A stretch of DNA of 64,000 bases from Catajapyx aquilonaris. Its lineage: Eukaryota. Each line of letters begins with the position of its first letter. Positions within the stretch are counted from its first letter, which is position 1. Shown piece by piece: positions 38,779 through 51,315 of this stretch. The notes beneath the pieces were generated by a model. That model was given only the letters and a program-made list of their open reading frames with translations, did no database searches and had not been told where the DNA came from. The translations under genes were made by a program, and so were the position numbers. The stretch is taken from assembly GCA_000934665.2 (NCBI GenBank), contig KZ538320.1, positions 1 to 64,000 on the forward strand, written 5' to 3'.

Positions 38779-39727
38779 AGCCCACCAGCACGTTTCTCGC
38801 TTCAGTTGAAGTGTGTCCCTACCTCTGACCACAATACAAGTATTGTAGAGAGTGAACCTGCTGTGTCATGTCATTCCTGAACGAGGAAAGTGATAACTAA
38901 TGGTGCACTAGGCGATTGTGTCAACGCGAATTATGATTATGATATGCGCCTAACCGAAGATTTTTGCTTTAATTATTCTGGTTTGTGCTACATGCCTTTT
39001 AAGGCGGTCCTCCTAGGGTTTCCAGTCCGACCTTAAGTGTCGGCCAGGTTGCATACCTTGCAAGAACACACGAGCCGAGAATGGATTCGGAGAGAGATGG
39101 ACCGTGACAGGGTAATCTCTCGGACGACCTACTACTATGAGGGTGGGTGTCTGTGGTGGTGGGAATTACCTGTGGGATACCCCCTAGTTTTTTTGCCTGG
39201 TCCTTCCCATCAACTTCACTGGGCTCGAAATGGAGATAGACACTGGATAGCCGCCGGTTGCTCCAGGGCTTTTAGCGCATCCGTCGGAATGGATGAGCGT
39301 CTCTTTCTCTAGCAGACTGGGCGTGGGATGAAGCAACAGCAACAACGAAGAAAAAAAAGGGGAAGCAGCACCGGTGTACAGAGGTTGGCAAAAGGGAAAT
39401 TTGGGATTCAGGAGCGCGTTGGATATAAAGTAGGTATGGAGCCAGGGTGATTAGGAAATTGGGGCAGGAGGTAGTAGTGCCTCATTTGCAAGGCGGCTGA
39501 AGAATAATCGGCCGGCTAATCTCCTGGGCTGCACGGATGGAGAGAGGGCTACTCTTTAAACATTTATGGCCATCTGAAGAATGGCTGGGAACAGCCTACA
39601 TTTTAGATGCTGCTTAAGACGAAGTAGGTGAGCGAGTCAGTGACGGATTGTGTCCCTTACTGGTAAAGATTTTTATACTAATTGCACCACACAATTTATA
39701 GATATTCATCCACCGTATTTGAGTGTA

Positions 39728-39849
39728 TGCCTCTGTTTGTCCGGGGTGAGTCATCATCTCCGCTCAGCTATGAGCATGTAGTGTCATTACCTCTCGCACG
39801 ACCTTGAGTAGCAGTAGTAGACAGAAAGGTAGGGTGCTCCATCTATGTG
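39728..39849 (-). repeat. Family C cassette
   Basis: Reverse complement reads CACATAGATGGAGCACCCT...CACTACATGC...GATGATGACTCACCCCGGACAAACAGAGGCA. Confidence 0.8.
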
Positions 39850-42800
39850 TTGAATATGGTACAAGTTTTGGTTCACTAGTATGCTACATTATATTCTGTT
39901 ACAAGTATTTGCTAGTGGCCTCGTTTTAAGGTGCGCATACTCAGTGGCTGGCTTTAAAGACGCTTATTTTAGAGGCATCCTTGGGTTTTTCTTTATCCTT
40001 CCTCCGCCATTCGTCTCCCGATTAAGGCCCAGTTGGGAGCCCGATTTTTGGAGGGAGCCAGACAACAAGTGGACCCTTTGGAAGGAAACGGATTTTCCAG
40101 CCCGCTATAAATATACGAGGGAGGCATAAAATGGGTTCTCCGGATGGCGGTCAGGGGAATGGTACGTTACCGGGAACTCATAACTGGAGGGAATTCCGCA
40201 AGCCTCTTTTGCGTTGTCTTTCGCCATTATTTTTGGTGGTGTGGAAAGGGGGGGGGGGTGTCCCTGCGGTGCAAAGTAATGCAGGGGACGAGTAATGTAA
40301 CAGGAGAATAAAAGTGAAATAAAATGTGAGTGTCGGGCTAATGTGTCCTGAGGCGAGTTCTTTGTTGAGAATGCTGAGGACATTGGTAATCCGGAGTGGA
40401 AATGGCGTGCAGATATTTCTCCGAGCCCGCGATTGTGTGAGCCCCATCAGGAGCACAATTGCATCTGATAGGTGAAGATTTCCAGACGAATTAACTTCCA
40501 GGAGAAGCAGGAAAAGCTGCTCGTCATCACTCCTTTTCCGATTGGACGGAAAAGAGAAATCTCTTTACGTTTTTCTAAACGTCTCCGCCCGAGCATGTTG
40601 ACGAATTAGTAGGCGAGGAAAGCAACCATAAATCAATCTCCAATCCAACCCCCCCAGTTTCTCCCTCGTGTTATTGTTGATTAATCGCCCCCACCAGTCC
40701 TGGATCCGCAGTCCATATTCGGCATTATGGTTTTGAGCTGATGGTCGCCGCCATCTTTGTGGGGGCCGATTGAGCCCTACTCGAGCGTGCCTAGATTTTT
40801 CCACTTCCGTTTTCATGATGGATTGGGCAACTTTGTAACCGGAGGGTTTCATGCTCATTAAAATACATGCACTCGTAGGAGGGGTCACCGTGTGACAGTC
40901 GGTCGTTGTAGTCTCCTAGTTCCGGTTCCAACCCCATTTTCCTGGTAATGCGCACCCATGTATAGGATCCCCAAGTGCGATGGGAATGACAGCGTCGTCG
41001 ACAAGTCCAATTAACAGGCGTCGAGGGTAGGTACGGCAGTCGCAATCGCTTAATCTTCATTTGGACGGTCTCCAGGCTGCATGGGCTTCATATCCTGTGT
41101 CCCCTCCTTTCCTCTGCCAAGAAAACAATTGGGTGGTGGTGGGAGGAGGAGGGAGAACGGGGCGCCATTTCCTTTGACGCCACTGTATCCTTCAAGTTGA
41201 TTATCATAATAGATGGCACAAAAGCGAGGCTGATGACAAAAGCCGGGAGGGGCTTTGGGGGATGCCCGGCAGGGGAGGGGATTCGGCCAACTAATTGAAT
41301 CTAGGTTCACCCCCCTGAATCTTGGGAGGTCACACTCCCCCCTCCCCTTTTTCAAGCCAGGTGGGCATCTGCCCTCCTCTTTGATACACACTAATTCCAT
41401 TTTCAGGGGGACCGGGTCCTGCTGGATGAGCAACCGGATTTGCTCAACTGCGCTTTCCGCCTGCTCCTTCACGCCTAATGGCTAACCTTTGTACCTGACA
41501 AATTTGTTTAGTTGCCCATACCAACTGGCCCGGACGCGACAAAAAAAAATACAGTTCTTTGGATGGGTACACAGCTTTCTGAAGCGTGTTTGCAAACTCC
41601 AAAAGCGTGGAATGTCGTGCACTGTACAGCATGATTCTAAAGCTAGGTAAATATCGTCTGATAACAATGAAATTACGTAAATATTTTAAAATGAAACAGT
41701 TACTATAGGCATCAATTTCCAGAAAGGACCCCAGGTTGCCAGAAATTTGAAAGAATGTTGTTACTTTATAAAACAATTGCATGCAGAAGTAGATCATATC
41801 TCAATATAAATTTACATACGAAGAGTACAAGCACCTGAGAATATTACCTTTGCCAGGTGAATGTTTCTAATGAGATAATGTTCGCTTCACTTGGTACCCT
41901 CACTCCCTCCGTGGAGCATGCGTGGAAATTTGAAAAGTGGGAGGTTCCAAACGTGCATTTTCGGAGGGCCGCTGCCTATATTATTAAGTTGAGTGGATTT
42001 GTCATTTGCGTCGAATCATCCCAGTACAAATGAGACTCCTAAAGAAATTCATAAAATGAGAAAAAAAATGTAGTTTGCCCCCCTACTATTATTGGTCCAT
42101 TTTTTTCGCTCTCTCCACTTTCACGCTTTTTTATAGAAAAAGGGTGGACTATTGATTGGTCCGGCGACAAAAGTTGGCAGGTCCCCGTGGGAAAAATTGC
42201 GTCGTTGGGGGGAGCTTTGGAAGGAAGGGGGGTGCTGATATGATCAGTAGCTGGGCCGAGACCAGGTTTTCGGAGGTGTTTTTTGGAGGACGTACACTGT
42301 AGCTGTGCGTCAAGGTGATGAAATACGATGCAGCTGGGAGTCGCATTTTTTTCTGGGGAGAGCTCAGACGCCTCCGGCTGCTTTATGGTTCCCATGACCA
42401 TCCTGCAAGAAAATGTCATTGAAAAAAAGGGAGGAAGGCCCCGTGCTTTTGCTTCCTGATTGATTTTCTCTGTACGTGGTGGAGTCGAAGTGCATGTCAT
42501 TAATTACCAATCAGAGCATTGCATCCTGCCAAGCCTTCCTCCCCCCCACTTAATATTCCACTCTTGGAGGGAACAAGCTCGGAAGGCGCACTACTACCCA
42601 TTGCTGCTGCTATAATTACCTTAATGGCCGTCCCGCATTGATCGTTTTAACGTTGGTAATGAGCAAATAAGCGCCCCCTTAATGGGTAAATAAATTTGGG
42701 TGCAATTCATCAAACTGGAAGGGATTGTGAGGCAATTGCACCCCGCCCCACCCCCCCTTTTCCAAAAACCATTCTTAAGAAAAGGAGGAGGCAAAAGGCT

Positions 42801-44485
42801 TCACCTTCCACCTTTCGCTCTTTTCTCATTGTCTCGTCCTTTTATTTCCTTTGGAAATTGATGGCCCCGCTGATGTTCCTTTGACGCGACATTTATTTCC
42901 AGGACTTCTTTTTCGAACCTAATTCTTCTCCCACTACGACGACCCCCCNNNNNNNNNCCCCCCCCCCATCACATCCGGGCCAATATTATCTCCTGGTCCT
43001 TGAATGCAATCGCTGTCGAGCTTCTCTTTTTTTGAGGGGGGAGGAAGAGGTAGGGGGTAAGGAAGAACCATCAAAAGGATTTGGGACGACGTATGAAGCA
43101 ATTCTTATGTACTGGAAAGCTTTCCTTCAAACTCGAATTTTAGAAGGTTATTTCCAGGAATTGTGTAGTTTAAAACGAAATTGTAGCTATAATTTTGGTG
43201 TCAAAAAAACCGGATATGAAAATCCTGTGCGGAAATTGCATTTAAAAAATATTTTGATAATGCCATAAGCGACAGTAAAAAAATGTAGCATCATTGGCTT
43301 AGCATACGTATACACCGTATTATGGAAATTGCGGGAAAATTTAATTTGCCTATGCTTTTTGTTTCGAAAATCCTTGTTGCCGAGTTAGAATCATGAAATC
43401 GAGTTATACATTTTCATTGTGATAAACATGCGGTTCTCATCGACATCCCGTATCTAATTTTGCTACTGAAAGAATTAGTATTAAAAATACATTACAGTGC
43501 TGATGGTTGATCCTGACTATTCAGGGCAACTCACCGCACAGCCATGTGTTAATCTAACTTCCAGGATACCGAGTCTCTGAGAGTTAGACCACGCAGAGCT
43601 GTTGTGCGGGTTGCCATGAACAGCAAGGAAAAACCGCTTCAGCAGAAAATGGAGGTGAAAAGATCTTTCTCGTGGGAATATTCCGCGTAGGCCAAAACAA
43701 GATGCACTGATTTCCTCCAACCGCGTGTTTTCCTCTAGACAAAAGCCCTGCGAAAAGTTGGGTCCTCTGAGGGTGGGGAGAGAGAGGATGGGGGATGGAG
43801 GAGGCAGCCTTTCCCAAGTTCCAGGGCTGGGAGAGTGGGTGGGGTTGGAGGATGACTTTGGTAAGTTTGATTGCGGGGTATGTGAGTAGCAGCAGCTGTA
43901 AAGAGCAGCAGCAGAGGTTGGCTCCAGAGAAGAGCACTAACTTGTAAGTTGGCGGCTCTCTGATCGATACCCAGGGTTGGGTACACACTCTCTCTCTTTG
44001 CCCTGGGTTAGGATGCTATGCCCCCCCGCTTTTAAACCGCCCTCTCTAGTCTTCCTAATGTCTCTGTTTATCCTGCCGCTCCTTTGGTCTGTTTTCCCTT
44101 CCCGTTGTCGTTGATGGGCACGGCTGCCTTTGCCTACCTGCTGCATTTCCACGTTAATGGTACGTAAAATGACTCTTTGGATTTTTTACGACTCCGCGGA
44201 ACTCGTTGAATGCTCGGTTTTAAAAAAGCGGGTAGGCATGTGAGGGGAACCTATAACAGAAGTTTATTAGGCGGCGTTTGTGGCCTCTACAGAAGCAACT
44301 ATATGCACTGCCGAAATCTGAGTTCATACTGTCCAAGTATGTCATTTGCATGCTGAGATAGCCAACCCAGATTGTAGATAATTGCACTAATCATCCGTTG
44401 ATCTGAAATTCGCATTGCAATACTGTATCTGTAAGTCATAATATACTCTCTAAAAGTATTGCGTACAAATTTGATACGTACAGTA

Positions 44486-44571
44486 CTATCGGGTTCAAAT
44501 ACTTTTGGCCACTTTATCCTGGTCTTGAAGCAACCCTTCGCACAGACCCCACGTTAAAGTATTTGAAATAG
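44486..44571 (+). mobile_element. MITE family E, internally deleted copy
   Basis: TA|CTATCGGGTTCAAATACTTTTGGCCACTTTATCCTGGTCTTGAAGCAAC is identical to the start of the 52948 copy; the right arm is reduced to AAAGTATTTGAAATAG|TA. Confidence 0.9.
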
Positions 44572-44761
44572 TACATCATGTGTGTACGTATATTGTCCTT
44601 TTTACACGTACCAGTGTATGGTGAAGACACAAATTATCTACAGAATGTACGGTGTCTAATGTACGCAATGTAAACACAATATGCATATGGTTTTTGAAAG
44701 CGCAACGTGTGCACCCTGGATACACGTTGTTTTTAGAGAGTACCCTTATGGCCCTGTCAGG

Positions 44762-45483
44762 CACGGTACGTCGCAACATGTGCCCTATTATTTTAATTGC
44801 GAGCGTTAGCGATCTGACAAGGAACATATCTCGGGTGATAATAGCGGAACTTTATGAAACTGAATATGCTCATAGAGGACAATACACGTATGATAAAAGT
44901 GAAGGAAATGAGACCCATATTTGCAAAAGTTATGAGGTATTAAGTGCCAAAAATAATACATTTTTGTGCACAATGGGATTACCTTAGCGACCGCACACAA
45001 TGATATTGAAGTATGTAATAAGTTTTTATTGTACCAAATTTACATTATTTAACTGTCACACAATTTATTTGCACATACACAGTTCACGTTTTAATGAATG
45101 GTTTATACAGTGGTTATGCAGTAGGACACTTAGGTGGTTCTGTATAGTGTTTATGCGGCAGTACATTTAAGTCGTTCTGTTTAAACCGTTCATTAAAAAG
45201 TGAACGCTGTATGTGTAAATAAATTGTGTGACAGTTAAATAATGTAAATTTGTTACAATAAAACTGATTACATACTTCAATGTCATTATGTGCGGTCGCT
45301 AAGGTAATCTCATTGTGCATGAAAATTTACTATTTGTGACACTTTAACACGTCATAACTTTTGCAAATATGGGCCTCAGCCCGAAATGAATTCATTTTTG
45401 GTTATCATATATTGTTCTTAATTAGCATATTCAGTTTCATCAAGATCCGTTATTATCACCCGAGATAATATTATGTTCCTTGT
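44762..45483. mobile_element. Large fold-back element (~290-bp arms), right end apparently truncated
   Basis: 44817-45110 is an imperfect reverse complement of 45177-45483, e.g. CCCATATTTGCAAAAGTTATGA / TCATAACTTTTGCAAATATGGG and ATTACCTTAGCGACCGCACA / TGTGCGGTCGCTAAGGTAAT. The left terminus at 44762 (CACGGTACGTCGCAAC) is inferred. Confidence 0.85.
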
Positions 45484-45499
45484 GAGCTTTTCTTGTGGG

Positions 45500-45700
45500 T
45501 TATGTATCCTCAACTATATGTGCTGTCCGTCCTTGTGTATTTGACTTGAATCGGCCAGGCGTTGTGTAAACTCTATCACGTAAAAGGTCGGGACTTAATG
45601 TACCATCCTGTAGAGAGGCTGGAAACACCGGATTGTTTTCGATATGCTTTATTTTTTTTGGAAATGCATCGGGGCCATTATGCAAAATCCCATCGCGAGC
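45500..45700 (-). pseudogene. Degenerate Tc1/mariner-superfamily transposase C-terminal fragment
   Basis: The translation ...DAFPKKI...SPDL-LRDRVYTTPGRFKSNTQGRTAHIVEDT resembles the family pattern FP.RWI...WPPRSPDL(NP.DFFLWGY)LKDRVY...TL.ELK.NI..EIA.I..DT, with the bracketed catalytic segment deleted. Confidence 0.5.
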
Positions 45701-45983
45701 TATGCAATGCAACGATGGCAGCGTCTGTAATGCCACAAAGTTGGAACAATGGATATTGTTGTACTCGGAATAATAACGTCTGGAAACTTCCTGTTTCACT
45801 TGCTCAGAACCAGCTGCTCAGTTAGATATTGTTTGGGCGTTGTATGAGTGCCAGCGTGTAAGGAGGCCATTCCATACAGACCGGTTCTAGTCTATTTACC
45901 AGACCAGTTACTGTATTTGGCTGAAATTAACACCAACCTGATGATCAAAAAATGTTGGATTGCACGTCAGAATATGTCGATAT

Positions 45984-46125
45984 TTGACAACACCGCCCGG
46001 CCCACCTTCCACTTGGACGTAGTATGACATTCCACTAGTAGGTGGCGCACAGGCTCGTTCTCTGCACAGTACTGCCCCGCTCAGAGGGAAAGTAGTACTA
46101 CATGCACGTAGGTGATGAGTCTCGC
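45984..46125 (+). repeat. Family C cassette
   Basis: TTGACAACACCGCCCGGCC...CACTTGGACGTAGTA...CTAGTAGGTGGCGC (46035-48)...TACATGCACGTAGGTGATGAGTC. Confidence 0.85.
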
Positions 46126-46809
46126 CTAGCAAGGGCGCCCAGTATCCTCCTCCATCTATTGACCTACCAGCGAACACGGATTAGACCGGACATCACAGGT
46201 CCTGTTTATCGAGGAGAATAACGATATTAGTCACCCCTGCAGCTTTGATCGTCCATGGCCAAAAGGATTTGGAGATAATAGCTGGCCGGACATTCCACGC
46301 CGGACCTGGGGGGCAGGGGAGTCAAATGCCGGGTTGTTGAATGGGGCTTGAGGAAAAGGGCAGCGCAATTTGGCAATGGGGCAAAGGGGAGGGGGGGGGG
46401 GGCTCCCAATCATGGGGGATGGGACATCAGCCAGTTGACCCACAACACTGATTTTTAATCCGGTGGATTAGAGGGGACCGAACAGGTGCAGAAGAATGGA
46501 CGTATGGTGTTGGGCCGAGTGATGGTCCGACCCAGGCGCCGATGCATTTTGCACGCTGTTCAGTTCTAATAAATGGAACCCCGAAGCGCGTCACGTCCGC
46601 ACCCGCGCCCAGAATTTGATCAACGTCATGCGGGGCCAGTGTCGCTTCCAATGACACTGACTTTGGACCCCGGACTCTCTCAGTCCCCAATCTGTATTTT
46701 GTGCAGATGGTTATATACGTGGTCCGGATATCTTGCAAAAAAATTTGGCAGTCTTGGAAGTTGTGTTCCTTTTTGTTTTCAAAAATAAATTTTTACTTGT
46801 CATAATATA

Positions 46810-47118
46810 CAGGGTGTTTCAACTTTTTTGTCCGAACAGTTATCGGAAAATTGCACGTAGCTGCTACATTGTAAGCAGTGACTTTCGGAGGAACCGGGAA
46901 TATTCCTTGCGAATCGTAGGTTGAAGTGGCATACGTCCTGCCCGCTGAAAATTGAGGGTCAAGCCTGGAAAAAAGAGGGTCACAACATGCCATGGGATGT
47001 GTGACCCTCTTTTTCCCCATTCCCCAGACAAATCACCGGTTGCAAGTCACTGCTTACAAAGTAGCAGCTACATGCAATTTTCCGATAACTATTCGGACAA
47101 AAAAGTTGAAACACCCTG
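46810..47118 (+). mobile_element. Tc1/mariner-type MITE family A, copy 3
   Basis: TA|CAGGGTGTTTCAACTTTTTTGTCCG...GTTGAAACACCCTG|TG (right TSD mutated), with a small deletion at the inner edge of the left TIR. Confidence 0.95.
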
Positions 47119-47140
47119 TGTAGAAGTGGATTGGGTCTGT

Positions 47141-47248
47141 TCCTCTGTTTTGTCCGCATTAAGTCATCAGTAGTGTGCGTAGAGGGGGGTATGCGCCATC
47201 TGTGTGAGAGTTGTAGTAGTACGTCCACAACGGGGGCAGTGTTGCCAA
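47141..47248 (-). repeat. Family C cassette
   Basis: Reverse complement reads TTGGCAACACTG...TGTGGACGTACTA...CACACAGATGGCGCA...GATGACTT..GCGGACAAAACAGAGGA. Confidence 0.85.
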
Positions 47249-48499
47249 CATTTATATCGTATATTGAGGTTAAATGATACAGTAATATAACAAGTTACTT
47301 AACAGTTAATAGGCTACTCTTGATTATAGTTTATTTATTGATTGTAAGTCATACTGTGCTAATGTTAACATTTATTTGTTATTTGTTATTTTCGCTTATA
47401 CTGTACACAGTTTATTATAATTAGATGATGTGTCCGATAATGTACAATTTGGTGGCATATATTACTAATATTTAGGCTATATGAGCTGAACGTTGTGTCA
47501 TGTTCTGGTTGCATCATTGGAGGATGATGTGGAAAATTAGATTTTGATTTGTTTTGATATTACATAATGTAATTAATAAATTACGCTTTCCATTTAATAC
47601 GGGATGCACAGTGGTTGTTTATATACTTGCTAGGAAACTTATCAGAATTTGAAAATTACTGGAAAAACACCCGTTCATTAATAAAAACTAGATATATATA
47701 TATATATATTTTAAATTGTGACCCATTTCGGAAATATTTACTGGCGGTGATGGAAACGTTCAATTGTATATGAATTACATGAACAACAATCACCGAGGCA
47801 GCTTTGCGTTAGTGAAAGTGATTATATTTTGAACTTTTATACTACCAGGTTGCGCCACTCAACAATCTTTGACCACATTTTAGCCAACAGTTTATCGCGT
47901 GCCATAAGTCCTCTCTCAGAGGCTTTAAACGAGAAATTATTTACGGCCGGTTTCACCTTTACCATAAAACCTAGTTCCTATCTGGAAAGTGACACGTAAA
48001 GGAGAAAATCCATTGTTGATTACTGTTGACACACACTGTTCTCAATCCGGATAATTTTAACCCAACGTGTGTTGTCATCTTGGTTCCGTTTTATTTCCCA
48101 ACAACGTTGCCACATCTTTGAACCTGGTTGAAGGGTCGAACTCGTCTGGGTTTTTTTTTCTCTCCCTGGATTGTGGCACGCACCTGCTGAGGTGCATAAA
48201 ATGGTGGTATGTTGGGGGTTAGAAAAGGGTTCGTTGGATGGGTGGGAAGTGGGTGGGGTGATGTGGGAGGATGGAGGGAGGGGGAAGGGGGGGAGGGGTT
48301 GTGTAGACGCCGGCGCCAAGTGGTCCGGATGGATCCCCGAACCCTGGCCCACCCCTAGATGGAGCTTGGCTGTCACAACGATAGGACCTATTGCAATTCG
48401 ACTCCTGGACCATGTGGGATCTTATCAGGACGACGGAAACAGTGAGAAAAAGTGTTCGCGAAATGTTCATATGACACACCCTGTGATATTTTTTTTATT

Positions 48500-49079
48500 T
48501 TTTTAAAAAAATCGGCTTTCCCTACCCCCTACAATCGAAAGATAAGTGATCATCAGTGAGTCGCGCCGGTTAGTGATTCACAAGGAATATGTAAAAAGCC
48601 GCGCGAAAAAAATGGTTAATCTCGCAGAAAAAAATATGGTTCTGAGGAAGCAGGTGAGCCAACAGGATTTTTTTGCAAATTTTGAGACAGGTGAGCTGAT
48701 GGATTGAGCTGAACCGGTAAACAATTTTAAAAAATTTAACCGGACGTAAAATTCGGGCATGTGCGATAACTATTTTCAAATTTTCGGATTTCTGAATAAT
48801 ATAAATTGTGCAAAAATATGGACGCATTAATGAATGACAACAATATGTAGAGTATCGCAAAATATTCTGCGGGTTTGAATGAGGTGAGCCAAGCTGATTT
48901 TTGTTTGAAAAATTGAGGCTGATTTTTTTTTGCGAAAATATTATCATATCTGGTCTGAAATTATCTAGAACGGAACTTTCCAATAGTGTGCACCGGATTA
49001 ATGAGCTGGATTTGCATGATTTACTTGGTCGGATTTAAACAGTGCTTCGGGACATCTACGCTCGGATTTAATGGGTTAA
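48500..49079. mobile_element. Possible DNA transposon remnant ending in GGG|TTAA
   Basis: AT-rich block with repeated AGGTGAGC(C/T) and CGGATT(T/A)A motifs, ending ATGGGTTAA like a piggyBac terminus. No matching left TIR was found. Confidence 0.25.
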
Positions 49080-50535
49080 AGCCTGATATAATAATAATAT
49101 AAGAAGATTTAAGTCACGGAGCGAAACAACATTAATTTTGCTGAATGAGCCGGTATAAACGGACGTAATGGCTAAGTGCTATTTAAAAATGATTTAAGGA
49201 GGATTTAAGTTGCGGGTGGGCCTGGAGCTCTCCAGGGCTTCAGTTGAATTTAATGCTGTGAAACCTGTCCATAACCTCTGGAGAGTCTGAACACACCGGA
49301 GTTTTAGTTTGGACTCCCCGGATAAATTCTGTCGCACAAAACGGAAATTTTTCTAGAAATATTAACTTTCATTACTGGAAAATATGCCAGACTATTTTTT
49401 TGCAGTGTGATTGAATTTATGCGAGGAGCAAAAAAAAACTAATTAGATAATTTCTATCTTAGGATCGGTTTCGCGAAATTAATGGAAAATCTCCGGTTAC
49501 GTGTATTGTTCGTAGTTGCAATTTATTTTGCTTTCTGAACTGCAGATGGTATATATACGTCGTTAGAAATCTGGAGGTCTTAATAATTTCATCGATCTTC
49601 ATCTGACCATCTGGTGCAACTGGGCGCAATATGTTTTTTTTTTCTCGACAAATATAACCGGATAGGACCATATGAACAAAGATTATGAAAAATATATGGT
49701 GGATTCTAAAATTAGCGGCATATACGTAGATTACGTTATGAATATGACCTGACGTGAGATTCACACATATGAACGCAGATTAAGGATTTTGCCAAATTCG
49801 TGTTGATTCAACCTACAACCTCGTGAAACTAATATTATTGTTATATTATGCAAGTAGAAGCATGTGATTTCCTTTGCATTGTTTAAGGAACACCAACAGC
49901 TTGGAGCCAACCTCCCACACTTTCAATACGCGTCTTGAACACTCTTGTGTGTGCTAACCTAACACCAGGTTAGTCGGAACCGTACCAAATTTTTTTCCAT
50001 CCCCAAATATCCGGAACGCCTCCGGAACATGTGTAGGATCGTAGCCACTAACCGCATTAGACACGCCCCGTAGAATCGGGGACCAACAACCTGGAGCAAT
50101 CCGGCCTGCCTAACACTGGAGCCCCGGACTCTGCCTGCTACACGCTTTGCATTATTGAGTTTATGAAGGTTTTATAAACTCGGTGCCGCGCACCGTGTAA
50201 TGCGGACGTTCTTATCTATGGAGAGAGAGGGGGGTTCTCGAGCCGGTGTTGCGTACAGTGTGCTGTCCGGTTTTTGTTCGGTGCGTTTGGGTTGTAATAC
50301 CAGGGCCAATTGGGGTTGTCAAGTGGCTTGTGTGGCATTGGCGTCGCTTGAGAGCGTTTTTAACAGGGCTGTCTGGGGGCTATAAATGCGACGGGTGCAC
50401 TAGACTAGAGGTTCCAAACACGCTCTATTATCCAGTCTGGCGACCCAATTTGATAGGGAATTTTTGAACGTGGAATTGGCTGGATTCAGAACATGTTAAA
50501 TTGAGGAACAAATCAGCCTATGTTATGTTGGAAAC

Positions 50536-50819
50536 ACTGGGTGGAATTTTCGTGGTACAATGTTGGACATTAATCGAGGCATACTGCTAGCGACATTTTC
50601 CATAGCGGCAGAAGAAGGAATCGAAGATATAAGGATACTTCAAGCCGGGCGAGCAAGATTCTTTCTTCTGCCGCTTCGGAAGATGTCGCTAGCAGTATGC
50701 CTAGATTAATGTCCTACACTGTACTACTAGTTACTTCTAACTTAGCAGTACCAGTGAAGTGCAATGGTACTGCTAAAGTTAGGAGTAACTAGTAATATGA
50801 CGAAAATTCCACACACAGT
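50536..50819. mobile_element. Older palindromic MITE (H) hosting a nested MITE
   Basis: After removing 50558-50723, the left arm ACTGGGTGGAATTTTCGTGGTACTACTAGTTACTTCTAACTTAGCAGTACCA pairs with TGGTACTGCTAAAGTTAGGAGTAACTAGTAATATGACGAAAATTCCACACACAGT. Confidence 0.85.
50558..50721. mobile_element. Tc1/mariner-type MITE (G), nested
   Basis: TA|CAATGTTGGACATTAATCGAGGCATACTGCTAGCGACAT...ATGTCGCTAGCAGTATGCCTAGATTAATGTCCTACACTG|TA. Confidence 0.92.
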
Positions 50820-50903
50820 CGTGCTGGTAAAAGTGGGATGATCGAGTGCGCACCATAGTTCGCGCAGCCTGCACGGTTGACATTATCAATGATTTCTGGA
50901 GGC

Positions 50904-51111
50904 GCTTAGGACAAAGTGGCCCAAGTTCATTTTTTACCATTTTCGTGATACGACACAGAAGACAGCTCCAAGTTGGTGCAAAATTGGTGTAAGTTCTGGA
51001 CATTTGGACAGTAGATGACCTAATCGTATTTATGATCCAAGGAGTTACGCCATGGAGCTGGTGAATTTTGAAGCTTTATTTTTATGGACTTGGGCCACTT
51101 TTGTTGTAAGC
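50904..51111. mobile_element. Degenerate MITE
   Basis: GCTTAGGACAAAGTGGCCCAAGTTCAT ... ATGGACTTGGGCCACTTTTGTTGTAAGC inverted ends. Confidence 0.6.
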
Positions 51112-51235
51112 TTATTGTGTGTACTGGTAAATAAGCTCAGGATGTGTATTTCCAACGCTACGCTGGGGGGGGGGGGCTATGTTTGCGACATTTCTAAGGC
51201 TATAGAGGCTATGGGTGTCCCCTGGTGAGTCACTC

Positions 51236-51315
51236 TGGCAACATTGTCAGAACTATGGAAGCTGCGTGAGTGTAGGTGCGCACTCGATCGACTCACCTCG
51301 GGCAAACTTAGGCAC
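51236..51315 (+). repeat. Divergent family C-related copy
   Basis: TGGCAACATTG..AACTATGGA...TAGGTGCGCAC...GACTCACCTCGGGCAAACTTAGGCAC parallels 55004-55111. An extra TGAGTCA sits at 51226. Confidence 0.55.
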
